A stretch of DNA of 32,000 nucleotides from contig NC_010296.1 of assembly GCF_000010625.1 (NCBI RefSeq), positions 2,100,001-2,132,000 of the forward strand, read 5' to 3'. Shown piece by piece: positions 1 through 8,480 of the stretch. The notes below the pieces were generated by a model that did no database searches, was not told the DNA's origin, and saw only the letters and a program-made list of their open reading frames with translations. Each line of letters begins with the position of its first letter. Within the stretch, counting starts at the first letter, position 1. The translations under genes were made by a program, and so were the position numbers. Source of the stretch: Microcystis aeruginosa NIES-843. Lineage in GTDB: Bacteria; Cyanobacteriota; Cyanobacteriia; Cyanobacteriales; Microcystaceae.

Positions 1-97
1 TTTTATCTTGGGCCAAAGCCACCGGACGGGCCGCGAAAAGTAGCCAAAGAATCGCCAGCAAAATAATTAAAACCAGACTGAAAATTTTTTTCAACAT
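1..97 (-). CDS. 5' end of an exported-protein gene running off the left edge
   Basis: My own reading; it is truncated by the window edge and so absent from the ORF track. Minus-strand ATG at 97..95, 2 nt after the LCP stop codon (102..100). It translates to MLKKIFSLVLIILLAILWLLFAARPVALAQDK: basic n-region, hydrophobic core and an AxA motif, as in a Sec signal peptide. Confidence 0.4.
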   Translation of the reverse strand, partial: MLKKIFSLVLIILLAILWLLFAARPVALAQDK

Positions 98-99
98 TG

Positions 100-1488
100 T
101 TACTGTTGAGCGTCGAAAAACTGGGCTGCATCATCACCCACCCGAATAGTTAGGTCTGAGTCTAAAGCACCAGTGGAGGATGATTCTACTTTACCGATTC
201 CCAATTGATTTTTCAAGAGGTTAGCGGACTGAATATCACCTTTTTGAGCAATAATTGCCGTGGTTTCTAGCTTTTGGGAGGAGTCATCGCTAATATAAAC
301 ATTTGTGTAGCCCTGTTTGGCCAGATAATTGCGAGTACGACGGGCTAAACCTTTGGTATGGGTGGCATTTTGAATGGCAATCCGCAGACTATAAATGGAG
401 GTTTCTCCCCGCGAATAGTTATCGGTAAAATTATTAGCCACAATGGTTCTAATTTCGCGACGGTTCAAAATCCAATAACTGCGACCATCGTATTCCTCGA
501 GGTTATTAAACCGGCCGGGGAGTAGGATCATTCTTAAGTCATCCTGTTTAATTTCCCGGCCAAAATTAGCGATAGCCAGCATTTCCTCGACGGATAAATT
601 CGTATCGATATATTGTTGTAAAACCTGTACTGCTTTCGGGAGACTGGGGAGAATTGTCGGACTAAAAATCTTTTGTTGTAGTGCTTTTAATAAAATTTGT
701 TGTCTTTGTACGCGACCGATATCGCCGTATTGCTGGTTACGAAAACGGGCAAATTGTTCGGCTTGGTCGCCGTTGAGATTTTGCCAACCCTCTTGTAAAT
801 CAATTTCTAATTTTTGGGTGACATCTTTATGATACATTCGTTCGGGTACATAAACCTCTACGCCCCCGACTAAATCGACTAATTCCTTAAAGGCATCGGT
901 AGTCACCCGGACATAGCGATCTACGGTGACATCCCCTAAAGTATTACTGACCACTTCCGCCGCTAGAGTTGGTCCACCGTGAACATTGGCATCGTTAATT
1001 TTAGTGAAACCGTGGCCAGGAATTCTGACGCGGCTATCGCGAGGGATAGACAACATTCTCACGGTTTTATCGCTAGGATCGAAGCGCACTAGGAGCATGG
1101 TATCGCTGCGACCTTTAAATACATCGTCGCCGTTTTTGGCATCTAAAACTCGATCGATGCCCATAACTAAAATATTAACAGGACGAGAAAGCTGCTGGTT
1201 AATTAAGCTATTCCAAGCTTGAGCCTCAAGGATGTCTGTTTGGGTGGGAAAAGTCGTTTTTTGGAAGATGGCCCCAATTGGTGCGGGTAAGGGACTAATT
1301 AAAGCGACGGCAGCCCCAACAGTGGCGGACACTAGGGCGGTAAAACTGAGGGTTATTCCCCAAAATAAGCCCTTTTGCAGGGGAGATGCTTTTTTTAAAC
1401 CGGACATGACCGAACTGACCACCGTGACGGTATTTTCTGAGTTTTGGCTGTATTCCTGCTTTTCAAACCGCCCCGAAACATTGGCCAT
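100..1488 (-). CDS. LytR-CpsA-Psr (LCP) family cell-envelope protein
   Basis: 462-aa ORF with an ATG start. It has an N-terminal TM helix (GLFWGITLSFTALVSATVGAAVALI). LCP core motifs are present: NILVMGIDR, GRSDTMLLVRFDP, SIPRDSRV, KINDA. The C-terminal LytR_C-like tail ends in LTIRVGDD. Confidence 0.85.
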   Translation of the reverse strand: MANVSGRFEKQEYSQNSENTVTVVSSVMSGLKKASPLQKGLFWGITLSFTALVSATVGAAVALISPLPAPIGAIFQKTTFPTQTDILEAQAWNSLINQQLSRPVNILVMGIDRVLDAKNGDDVFKGRSDTMLLVRFDPSDKTVRMLSIPRDSRVRIPGHGFTKINDANVHGGPTLAAEVVSNTLGDVTVDRYVRVTTDAFKELVDLVGGVEVYVPERMYHKDVTQKLEIDLQEGWQNLNGDQAEQFARFRNQQYGDIGRVQRQQILLKALQQKIFSPTILPSLPKAVQVLQQYIDTNLSVEEMLAIANFGREIKQDDLRMILLPGRFNNLEEYDGRSYWILNRREIRTIVANNFTDNYSRGETSIYSLRIAIQNATHTKGLARRTRNYLAKQGYTNVYISDDSSQKLETTAIIAQKGDIQSANLLKNQLGIGKVESSSTGALDSDLTIRVGDDAAQFFDAQQ

Positions 1489-1682
1489 GGACTAACCTCA
1501 ACATCTGATTAAAAGCTTACTTTAGGAGGTGACTGCTGATCCCTAGAATCTATCTCTAGCCCAAAAGTTCCAGATATTGGCCACCCCCCTCTCGCCGGCT
1601 ATTGTAACATATTGTTAAGGAACTGGCTATAATAGACCTCTTGTAAAAATCAAAATTTGTCTTGGTTGGTTAGGAGTCGGTC

Positions 1683-1710
1683 GTCAGTAGTCAGTAGTCA
1701 GTAGTCAGGA
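1683..1710. repeat. Heptamer tandem array (GTCAGTA)x4, STRR-type
   Basis: The sequence reads gtcagta gtcagta gtcagta gtcagga. It lies in the divergent intergenic region between the LCP and NlpC/P60 genes. Confidence 0.9.
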
Positions 1711-1982
1711 GAATTAAGAATGAATAATGAGCAATTAAATGGTCTATTTAGAGATTTTATGCCATTTAATCCTTATTTTTGCGGTTTTTGAACCCTGAAA
1801 AGTTAATTAGGCAAGAGGAATTTGAGGGATTCAGTTCGGTTATAAATTATCTCTGTGGCCAAGAATTAAGAGAGGTGGAAACTTGAAGATGACAGAACTA
1901 AGGTTATTCTCCTTGTTTTTATCCCTTAGCTTTTGGCTAGTTGGGCATTTGTTTCTGTCAATATAATTCTGATCTATTTTTT

Positions 1983-2660
1983 ATGAAAATCATCTCTATT
2001 CCCCCATCATCGACCCAAGAATATCTCTGTATAAGAGACTTAAATCTCTACAATTCTCCCAGTTGTCAAGAGTTAGCTACCCAAGCACAACAGGGAAGAC
2101 AATTAAAATTTATTTCCCTAGAAATTACCGAAAAAGGGCTACAAATTCAGCTAAGGGAAGATAATTATTTAGCTTGGTTATGCGGAGAAGATTTAGATGC
2201 AATTGCGTTGGCCACCACAGCTTATCAAAAAATTCCTCTAACTCGTTCCGACATAGAAAAACATATTCCTGAGATTATCACTTTTACTCAGGAAGCAAGG
2301 AACCGTACCAATCATTATCTCTGGGGTGGAACCCTTGCACCTAATTACGATTGTTCAGGATTAATCCAGGCTGCTTTTGCCACTTTTGGCATTTGGCTGC
2401 CGAGGGATTCCTATCAACAGGAGGCTTTTTGTCAAAAAATAAACCGAGAGGAATTACTCCCAGGAGATTTAATTTTTTTTGGTGATAAAAGAGTTAATCA
2501 TGTTGCGTTATATCTAGGGAATAATCAATATATCCACAGTTCAGGAAAAGAAACAGGTAACAATGGTATCGCTATAAATCTACTTACTGATGATAGGGAT
2601 AGCGTTAGTCGTCATTATTATCAAAAATTATGGAGTTTCGGTCGAGTTATGCACAATTAA
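1983..2660 (+). CDS. NlpC/P60 (C40) family cell-wall peptidase with an N-terminal SH3-like region
   Basis: It carries the NlpC/P60 signature YLWGGTLAPNYDCSGLIQAAF, then a downstream His (NHVALYLG) and IHSSG. The ORF track opens at a TTG at 1941; the first ATG (1983, MKIISIPP) is the more plausible start. Confidence 0.85.
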   Translation: MKIISIPPSSTQEYLCIRDLNLYNSPSCQELATQAQQGRQLKFISLEITEKGLQIQLREDNYLAWLCGEDLDAIALATTAYQKIPLTRSDIEKHIPEIITFTQEARNRTNHYLWGGTLAPNYDCSGLIQAAFATFGIWLPRDSYQQEAFCQKINREELLPGDLIFFGDKRVNHVALYLGNNQYIHSSGKETGNNGIAINLLTDDRDSVSRHYYQKLWSFGRVMHN

Positions 2661-2670
2661 TCAGTTATCA

Positions 2671-2770
2671 GGGAAATGGGGAAATGGGGAAATGGGGAAA
2701 TTTCAACTAAAACCCCAAAACCCCAAAACCCTAAAACCCCAAAACCCCAAAACCCTAAAACCCCAACCCC
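2671..2770. repeat. Two adjacent octamer arrays: (GGGGAAAT)~4 then (AAAACCCC/AAAACCCT)~8
   Basis: Read directly. The G-rich array spans 2671..2701. The C4A4-type array spans 2709..2770, which is (G4T4)n on the minus strand. The arrays sit between the NlpC/P60 stop codon and the RND start codon (2807). Confidence 0.9.
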
Positions 2771-2806
2771 TAACTCCTCACTCCTTACTCTCCCCCATAG
2801 GTAATC

Positions 2807-5800
2807 ATGTCAGAAAACATCTCCCTAAGCGGTCTGTCAATTCGTCGTCACATAGGAGTATTGATGTTAACTATAGCAGTTATCATCATCGGTCTTTTTT
2901 TTCTAAATCGTTTAGAAGTGGACTTGCTTCCTTCTATCACTTATCCCCGCATTAGTTTAAGGATGAATGTACCTGGAGTTTCCCCGGAAGTCATTCTCGA
3001 AGAAGTAACTAAACCCCTAGAAGAAGGAATGAGTGCCACCGAGGGAGTAGTGCAAGTTTATTCAGAAACTCGCGAGGGAAGGATGCGAGTAGATTTATTT
3101 TTTCAACCGGGGGGAGACTTAAATGTCGCTTTAAATGAAGCTACCGAAAGTTTTAATCGTGTCCGACAAAATTTACCCGATATTATTGAGGAACCGCGCT
3201 TAAACAAATTTGAACCCTCTCGTTTACCCGTCTATGAATTCGCTGTCGTTTCTGATACCCTACCCCTAAAAGATTTAAGATTATTTGCCGATGAAGAATT
3301 AGGGAGAGAATTAGGATTTGTGGAAGGAGTGGCAGTGGTGGACGTGATTGGGGGAGTTAGAGAAGAAATTCAAGTTAATATTGACCTGCAGCGATTACAA
3401 TCTTTAGGAGTGGGATTAAATCAGGTTTTAGACACCCTAAAAAGACGCAATCAGGACATCTCTGGGGGCCGACTAGAGGGAGAAACCGGGGAACCTTTAA
3501 CCCGTGCGGTGGGGAAATTTAAAAACGTAGCGGATATCCAAGATTTAGCACTGACCGATAGTAATAATCCCGAAGAAAAAATCTATCTGCGGGATGTGGC
3601 CAGAGTTATCGATGGGACAGAAGAACAAAGAATTTTTGTCACCCTAAATGGAAAAAATGCCGTGAGGGTTAGCGTCCAAAAACAACCGAATGCGAACACG
3701 ATTGCTGTGGTAGAAGGGGTCAAAAAACGCATTACAGAATTAAAAAAATCCGGGTTAATGACCGGGGGAATACAAGTCGTCCCCACTACTGATGAGTCTG
3801 TATTTATCCAAAACGCGGTTAATAACGTGGTTTCGTCGGGACTAGCGGGGACAATTCTAGCAGGACTGACTGTATTCGTCTTTCTCGGTTCCCTGCGACA
3901 GACTTTTATCATTACCCTAGCGATTCCTCTTTCTACCCTCGTCGCAATTATCTGTATGAAGTTATTCGGGTTATCGATAAATGTGTTTAGTTTGGGAGGA
4001 TTGGCCCTAGGGGTGGGTATCGTGGTGGATAATTCCATTGTCATGCTGGAAAATATTGCCCTCAAAGTTAATCAAAACCAAAATAAGCAAGATTTTTTAG
4101 AAATTGCCCGGAATAGCAGCCAAGAGGTAGAATCTGCTTTATTGGCCTCCACTGCGACTAATCTCGTCTCTATCCTGCCATTTTTACTACTGGGTGGTTT
4201 TATTTCCCTGCTGTTTAACGAGATTATCCTCACTATCAGTTTTGCTGTGGCTGCTTCTCTGTTGTGTGCGTTAACCGTTGTTCCCATGTTAGCCAGTCGT
4301 TTGTTAAATATGCAGGTTTCTAGTGGTATCCATCGATTTTGGCTCTTAAGAGTCTTTAGTCAACGTCTAGAAGGTTTAACCATCCTCTACGGTCGTTTTT
4401 TAGCTAAAATCATCCACTACAGAATACCTGTTATCCTGCTGGCCTTTTTAATTTTAGGGGGAAGTAGTTTCTATCTCTGGCAATATATCCCCCAGGAAGT
4501 CTTTAGTCGTATTCAAACTGGACAGGTGAACGTTTTTGCTCAATTTCCCCCGGGTACCAATTTAAATACTAACCGTCAGGTGATGCGGGAAGTAGAAAAG
4601 ATTTTATTATCACAACCGGAAACTGAGTATGTTTTTACTACCAGTGGCGGTTCTCTTTTTGGCACAACTACCAATGAAAATATTTTGCGCGCTTCTAGTA
4701 CGATTAATCTCAAAAAAGGCACTAATACAGAAGCATATATCGAACGGATGAGCAAAGCACTAGAGCAATTAAACCTCGTTAACGTGCGTTTGCGTCTCAC
4801 CCCCGGTCAAGTGCGCGGTATTATTCTTAATAACTCTCCCTCCGTTGGTGCTGATGTGGATGTGATGTTACAGGGACGCGATGGGAAAACTTTAGAGCAA
4901 GCTGGTGAAGAAATCCTCAGTATTCTCGATGAAAAAGTCCCTAGTGCGCGTTTTCGTGCCGATGCTGACCCCAGACAACCAGAAATTCAGATTAAACCCG
5001 ATTGGACCCGCTTAAATAGTTTGGGATTGAGTACCCTGGAAGTGGGACAAACGCTACGGACCGCTATTCAAGGATCGATCCCCACCCAACTGCAACGGGG
5101 AGAAAGATTAATCGATATCCGGGTGCAATTGGACCCCAACTCGCGGCAAAAAATTAGTGACATATCACAAATACCTATTTTTGTCAATAGGCAAGAAGAC
5201 TTAAAATTAGCAGATATAGCCCGGATTGAAGGGGGAAAAACCCCCGGAGTCATCCAGAGAATCAATCAGCGTCAAGTTTTTATTATTATCGGCAGTTTAG
5301 TCGAAGGGGCGAAATTAAGTGACGCACTCGCGGGAGTACAATCGCTTTTAAATTCCACTCCCTTACCCGATGGTATCAGCATTTTACCCAGTGCTGCTGC
5401 CACGTCTAATCAAGAAATTCAGGGTTCTTTGGGTTTATTAGCGGGTTTATCGGTATTTTTAGTCTTTGTAGTCATGGCCGTGCAGTATAACTCACTCATA
5501 GACCCTTTGGTGATTATGTTAACCGTTCCTTTGGCCCTAGCGGGGGGAATTTTCGGGCTATATTGGACTAAAACCCCGATTAATGCCATTGTCATCGTCG
5601 GGGTGGTTTTATTGGTGGGGATTGTGGTTAATAACGGGATTATTATGGTGGAATTAGCCAATCAATTGCGGCAAGAATTCGGTTTTACTCGACTACAAGC
5701 CATTTTAAAGGCCGCTCCCCAACGTTTACGACCGATTTTAATGACTACCGTGACCACGGTTTTAGGTTTATTTCCCCTCGCTTTAGGATTAGGAGAGGGG

Positions 5801-5911
5801 GGACAATTCCTGCAACCTTTAGGAATTGTCGTTTTTTCGGGTTTGTCTTTAGCAACTCTGTTAACTCTGTTTATTATTCCCTGTTTTTACGTTTTATTCT
5901 CTAGAAAATAA
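2807..5911 (+). CDS. RND (AcrB/AcrD/AcrF, HAE1-type) efflux transporter permease subunit
   Basis: 1034 aa. It opens with the typical RND N-terminus (LSGLSIRRHIGVLMLTIAVIIIG). It shows the two-fold TM/porter architecture and conserved segments GGLALGVGIVVDNSIVMLENI and VGVVLLVGIVVNNGIIMVE. Confidence 0.95.
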   Translation: MSENISLSGLSIRRHIGVLMLTIAVIIIGLFFLNRLEVDLLPSITYPRISLRMNVPGVSPEVILEEVTKPLEEGMSATEGVVQVYSETREGRMRVDLFFQPGGDLNVALNEATESFNRVRQNLPDIIEEPRLNKFEPSRLPVYEFAVVSDTLPLKDLRLFADEELGRELGFVEGVAVVDVIGGVREEIQVNIDLQRLQSLGVGLNQVLDTLKRRNQDISGGRLEGETGEPLTRAVGKFKNVADIQDLALTDSNNPEEKIYLRDVARVIDGTEEQRIFVTLNGKNAVRVSVQKQPNANTIAVVEGVKKRITELKKSGLMTGGIQVVPTTDESVFIQNAVNNVVSSGLAGTILAGLTVFVFLGSLRQTFIITLAIPLSTLVAIICMKLFGLSINVFSLGGLALGVGIVVDNSIVMLENIALKVNQNQNKQDFLEIARNSSQEVESALLASTATNLVSILPFLLLGGFISLLFNEIILTISFAVAASLLCALTVVPMLASRLLNMQVSSGIHRFWLLRVFSQRLEGLTILYGRFLAKIIHYRIPVILLAFLILGGSSFYLWQYIPQEVFSRIQTGQVNVFAQFPPGTNLNTNRQVMREVEKILLSQPETEYVFTTSGGSLFGTTTNENILRASSTINLKKGTNTEAYIERMSKALEQLNLVNVRLRLTPGQVRGIILNNSPSVGADVDVMLQGRDGKTLEQAGEEILSILDEKVPSARFRADADPRQPEIQIKPDWTRLNSLGLSTLEVGQTLRTAIQGSIPTQLQRGERLIDIRVQLDPNSRQKISDISQIPIFVNRQEDLKLADIARIEGGKTPGVIQRINQRQVFIIIGSLVEGAKLSDALAGVQSLLNSTPLPDGISILPSAAATSNQEIQGSLGLLAGLSVFLVFVVMAVQYNSLIDPLVIMLTVPLALAGGIFGLYWTKTPINAIVIVGVVLLVGIVVNNGIIMVELANQLRQEFGFTRLQAILKAAPQRLRPILMTTVTTVLGLFPLALGLGEGGQFLQPLGIVVFSGLSLATLLTLFIIPCFYVLFSRK

Positions 5912-5925
5912 TCCCCCTGCACAGT

Positions 5926-6115
5926 GGGAAGTGGGGAAGTGGGGTGTGGGGTGTGGGGTGTGGGGTGTAGGGTGTGGGGTGTAGGGTGTGGGGAAGTGGG
6001 GAGAATAAATAAAAAAAGTCTCCTATCTCCTATCTCCTATCTCCGGACTCCTATCTCCGGACTCCGGACTCCTGACTCCTATCTCCTGACTCCTGACTCG
6101 GAGAATACTGTCTCC
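5926..6115 (+). repeat. Composite low-complexity element, copy 1: G-rich heptamer arm, GGGGAGAATAAATAAAAA core, CT-rich arm
   Basis: It reads (GGGGAAGT)(GGGGTGT/GGGTGTA)n, then ggggagaataaataaaaaaagt, then (CTCCTAT/CTCCGGA/CTCCTGA)n, ending gactcggagaatactg. ORF 5924..6118 is a translation artefact of this element. Confidence 0.85.
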
Positions 6116-6136
6116 TAACCCAATGTTGGTCAAAGA

Positions 6137-6567
6137 TCTGGACTTCCCCCATACAGAAATACTAAAAAATTAACAAAACCCTTACTGCATGGAGCTTCTC
6201 AGAAAAAATTGAAAAGAGGCTACTGGGTACATTTTTCCCTTGAAAATGGCTGTACCGTTGACTGTATCTGGAGTAGAGCGATTCCGTAGAGTTGGCTGTA
6301 TAGTGATCGCTAACCTTATTGTAACAGATGGTGTCATTAATCTCTAGAGTCAGCGATTCCCTCTGTAGCCATGTTTTTGATGGTTTTCTGCCCCGAAACA
6401 AGCTATAATGGTCGAAAGGTCAAATTTGAAAATTTTTGCCTCAAACCCTATCTGCGTAAGGACTTCAGGATTTTGTGTCCAGTAGTCCATTAGTATTATA
6501 TGGCTTTAACTCAGGCTCTGTAAGACTTTTAGCCATAGCTAGTATGTTTATACGGGGGAAGTCCAGA
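6137..6567. mobile_element. MITE-like non-autonomous element (431 bp)
   Basis: Terminal inverted repeats are tctggacttcccccata (6137..) and tatacgggggaagtccaga (..6567), with 14 perfect bp plus 2 more. It is flanked by AAGA on both sides (6133..6136 and 6568..6571). No recognisable transposase is present; the internal 79-aa ORF has no motifs I recognise. Confidence 0.55.
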
Positions 6568-6934
6568 AAGATAAGCAAAAATTATTGACTGACTCCAAAA
6601 ACTTGAGAATATTTAAATTAACATTTCGCAATATTTATAAATTCTTAAGAATTAATTGAGAAAAATTTTTATTTAACGACGATGTTATGAAGGTTACAGC
6701 GATTTGATAGAATTTCATAATGGGTTATTTTGTGCTTTTTTGGGCAGCAATGGTTGAAACCCTTGCCACACCTACAAGGTGATCCTAATTAAGACGGGTA
6801 AATCAGTCAATTTCACCCCTAACGATGATCTTTTTTTTGTGTAGTTTTATTGCAAAAAAAAAGTTTTTTTGACAAAAAGCACAAAGTATGATAGCACCCC
6901 AATGTATTTCTGGCTGCCAGTAGTTATTGTAGAG

Positions 6935-7100
6935 TGGGAGTTGGGGAGAAGGGTGTAGGGTGTGGGGTGTAGGGGAGAGGGAAGATGGGAGCGCCGGAGA
7001 TGGGAGATGGGAGCGCCGGAGAGGGGAGAATAAATAAAAATAATCTCCTGAATACTGACTCGGAGAATACTGAATCCTATCTCCTGAATCCTATCTCCTG
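6935..7100 (+). repeat. Composite low-complexity element, copy 2 (same family and orientation as 5926..6115)
   Basis: It has a G-rich arm (gggtgtagggtgtggggtgtagggg, ggagatgggagcgccggag x2). The core is gaggggagaataaataaaaataatctcct. The CT-rich arm again contains gactcggagaatactg. Confidence 0.85.
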
Positions 7101-8464
7101 ACTAGAAAATAGAGGCTGAAATAACGCAAATTCGTCGATCATCGAAAATTTGGGTCTGAAACCCCGTCGTTCTACGACGGCTTTACTGTTAAATATTAGA
7201 ACATTTACGAAATATATGCTAAAATGTGAGACATGGAAAAAGCCTATTCTTACCGATTTTACCCCACACCAGAACAAGAGTCGCTATTGCGGCGCACTTT
7301 GGGCTGTGTAAGATTAGTTTACAATAAAGCTCTCCATGTCAGAACACAAGCATGGTACGAAAGACAAGAAAGAGTAGGCTAAGCTCAAACTTCTTCAATG
7401 CTAACCGATTGGAAAAAGCAAGAAGAATTAGACTTTCTCAATGAAGTAAGCTGTGTACCTTTACAACAAGGGTTAAGACACCTACAAACAGCTTTTACTA
7501 ACTTCTTTGCTGGTCGTACTAAGTATCCTAACTTTAAGAAAAAACATCAGGGAGGAAGTGCCGAATTTACCAAATCTGCTTTTAAATTTAAAGACAAACA
7601 AATCTATTTAGCTAAATGCACAGAACCTTTACCTATTCGATGGTCAAGACAAATACCAGAAAGCTGTGAACCAAGCACAGTAACAGTCAGATTACATCCC
7701 TCAGGACGTTGGCATATTTCAATTAGATTTGATGACCCAACGATTAAGCCTTTACCAGTAACAGATAAAGCCATTGGAATTGACTTAGGAATTAGTAGCC
7801 TCGTGATTACCAGCGATGGCGATAAAGTGTCTAATCCCAAGCATTTTAAAAAGCATTATCGGAGACTGCGAAGAGCATCGAAAAATCTTTCTAGAAAACA
7901 GAAAAACTCAAAGAATCGAGAAAAGGCAAGAATCAAAGTAGCCAGAATTCACGCTCAAATCACGGATAGTAGAAAAGACCATTTACATAAGCTAACCACT
8001 CAATTAGTTCGTGAAAACCAAACGATTGTGGTTGAGAATTTAGCCGTCAAGAATATGGTCAAAAACCCGAAATTATCTCAGGCAATATCTGATGTAAGCT
8101 GGGGAGAAATTACCCGACAATTAGCCTATAAATGCCGTTGGTATGGAAGAAATTACATCGAAATAGATAGATGGTTTCCTAGCTCTAAAAGGTGTAGTAA
8201 TTGCGGGTATATTGCCCTTGAAAATGCCGTTAAATGTTCGAGAATGGGACTGTCCAGACTGTGGGACTCACCATGACCGAGATATTAACGCTAGTAAAAA
8301 TATTTTGGCCGCAGGGCTTGCGGTGTCAGTCTGTAGAGCGACCATAAGACCAGAACAGAGTAAATCTGTTAAGGCAGGTGCGGAACCCCGCAAGGGAAAG
8401 AAGCAGAAACCTAAATCGTGAGGTTTGGGAATCACCGTCCGTTTACGGCGGTGAGGATGTCAAG
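7100..8464 (+). mobile_element. Decayed TnpB-only IS200/IS605-family (IS1341-like) element
   Basis: It contains the tnpB pseudogene and a left-end hairpin ccgtcgt-tct-acgacgg (7164..7180). The right end has hairpin caccgtc-cgtttac-ggcggtg (8433..8453) and the terminus GTCAAG (8459..8464). There is no tnpA. The left boundary is uncertain; 7100 is where a 42-nt segment shared with 11204..11245 begins. Confidence 0.65.
7233..8421 (+). pseudogene. tnpB: tnpB (RNA-guided nuclease of IS200/IS605) inactivated by an in-frame stop and a frameshift
   Basis: It starts MEKAYSYRFYPTPEQESLLRRTLGCVRLVYN, a typical TnpB N-terminus. An in-frame TAA lies at 7380..7382, where a Tyr codon is expected (RVG*AQTSS). 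The frame shifts near 8215..8230 (CSNCGYI / [26 protein letters not shown]). RuvC motifs are still recognisable: IGIDLG, VVENL, HDRD. Confidence 0.85.
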
Positions 8465-8480
8465 CTAAATCCGTTGAGTA
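8300..8480 (+). ncRNA. Candidate omegaRNA/reRNA of the decayed TnpB element (scaffold plus 16-nt guide position)
   Basis: By analogy with TnpB systems, the RNA would overlap the tnpB 3' end and run through the right end. A terminal hairpin (8433..8453) and the GTCAAG terminus are shared with the intact copy at 23680..23716. The 5' end is a guess. Confidence 0.35.

Noticed and set aside
2709-2770. C4A4/G4T4 repeats as evidence of a telomere or eukaryotic contamination
   Set aside because: The array is internal and about 60 bp long. It is flanked on both sides by typical bacterial genes with cyanobacterial features, and similar G-rich arrays recur in other intergenic spots of the window.
2590-2955. 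ORF-track entries 2590..2955, 5924..6118, 11256..11450, 20666..20905, 20676..20891 and 25116..25307
   Set aside because: Their translations are periodic low-complexity strings (KPQNPKTL, GVWGVGC, PPYQGGQGGS) produced by reading through tandem repeats, hairpin modules or MITEs. The first of them also overlaps the true RND start.
6162-6401. 79-aa ORF inside the 431-bp MITE-like element as a small transposase or toxin
   Set aside because: It has no DDE, HTH or other recognisable motif, its composition is odd, and it is far too short for a transposase.
6720-6782. 20-codon hydrophobic mini-ORF (MGYFVLFWAAMVETLATPTR) as a type I toxin or small membrane peptide, and the nearby GTTGAAAC (6753..6760) as a degenerate CRISPR repeat end
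   Set aside because: There is no ribosome-binding site, no antisense RNA signature and no second repeat copy. The region is AT-rich filler between repeat elements, so a chance ORF or motif is the simpler explanation.
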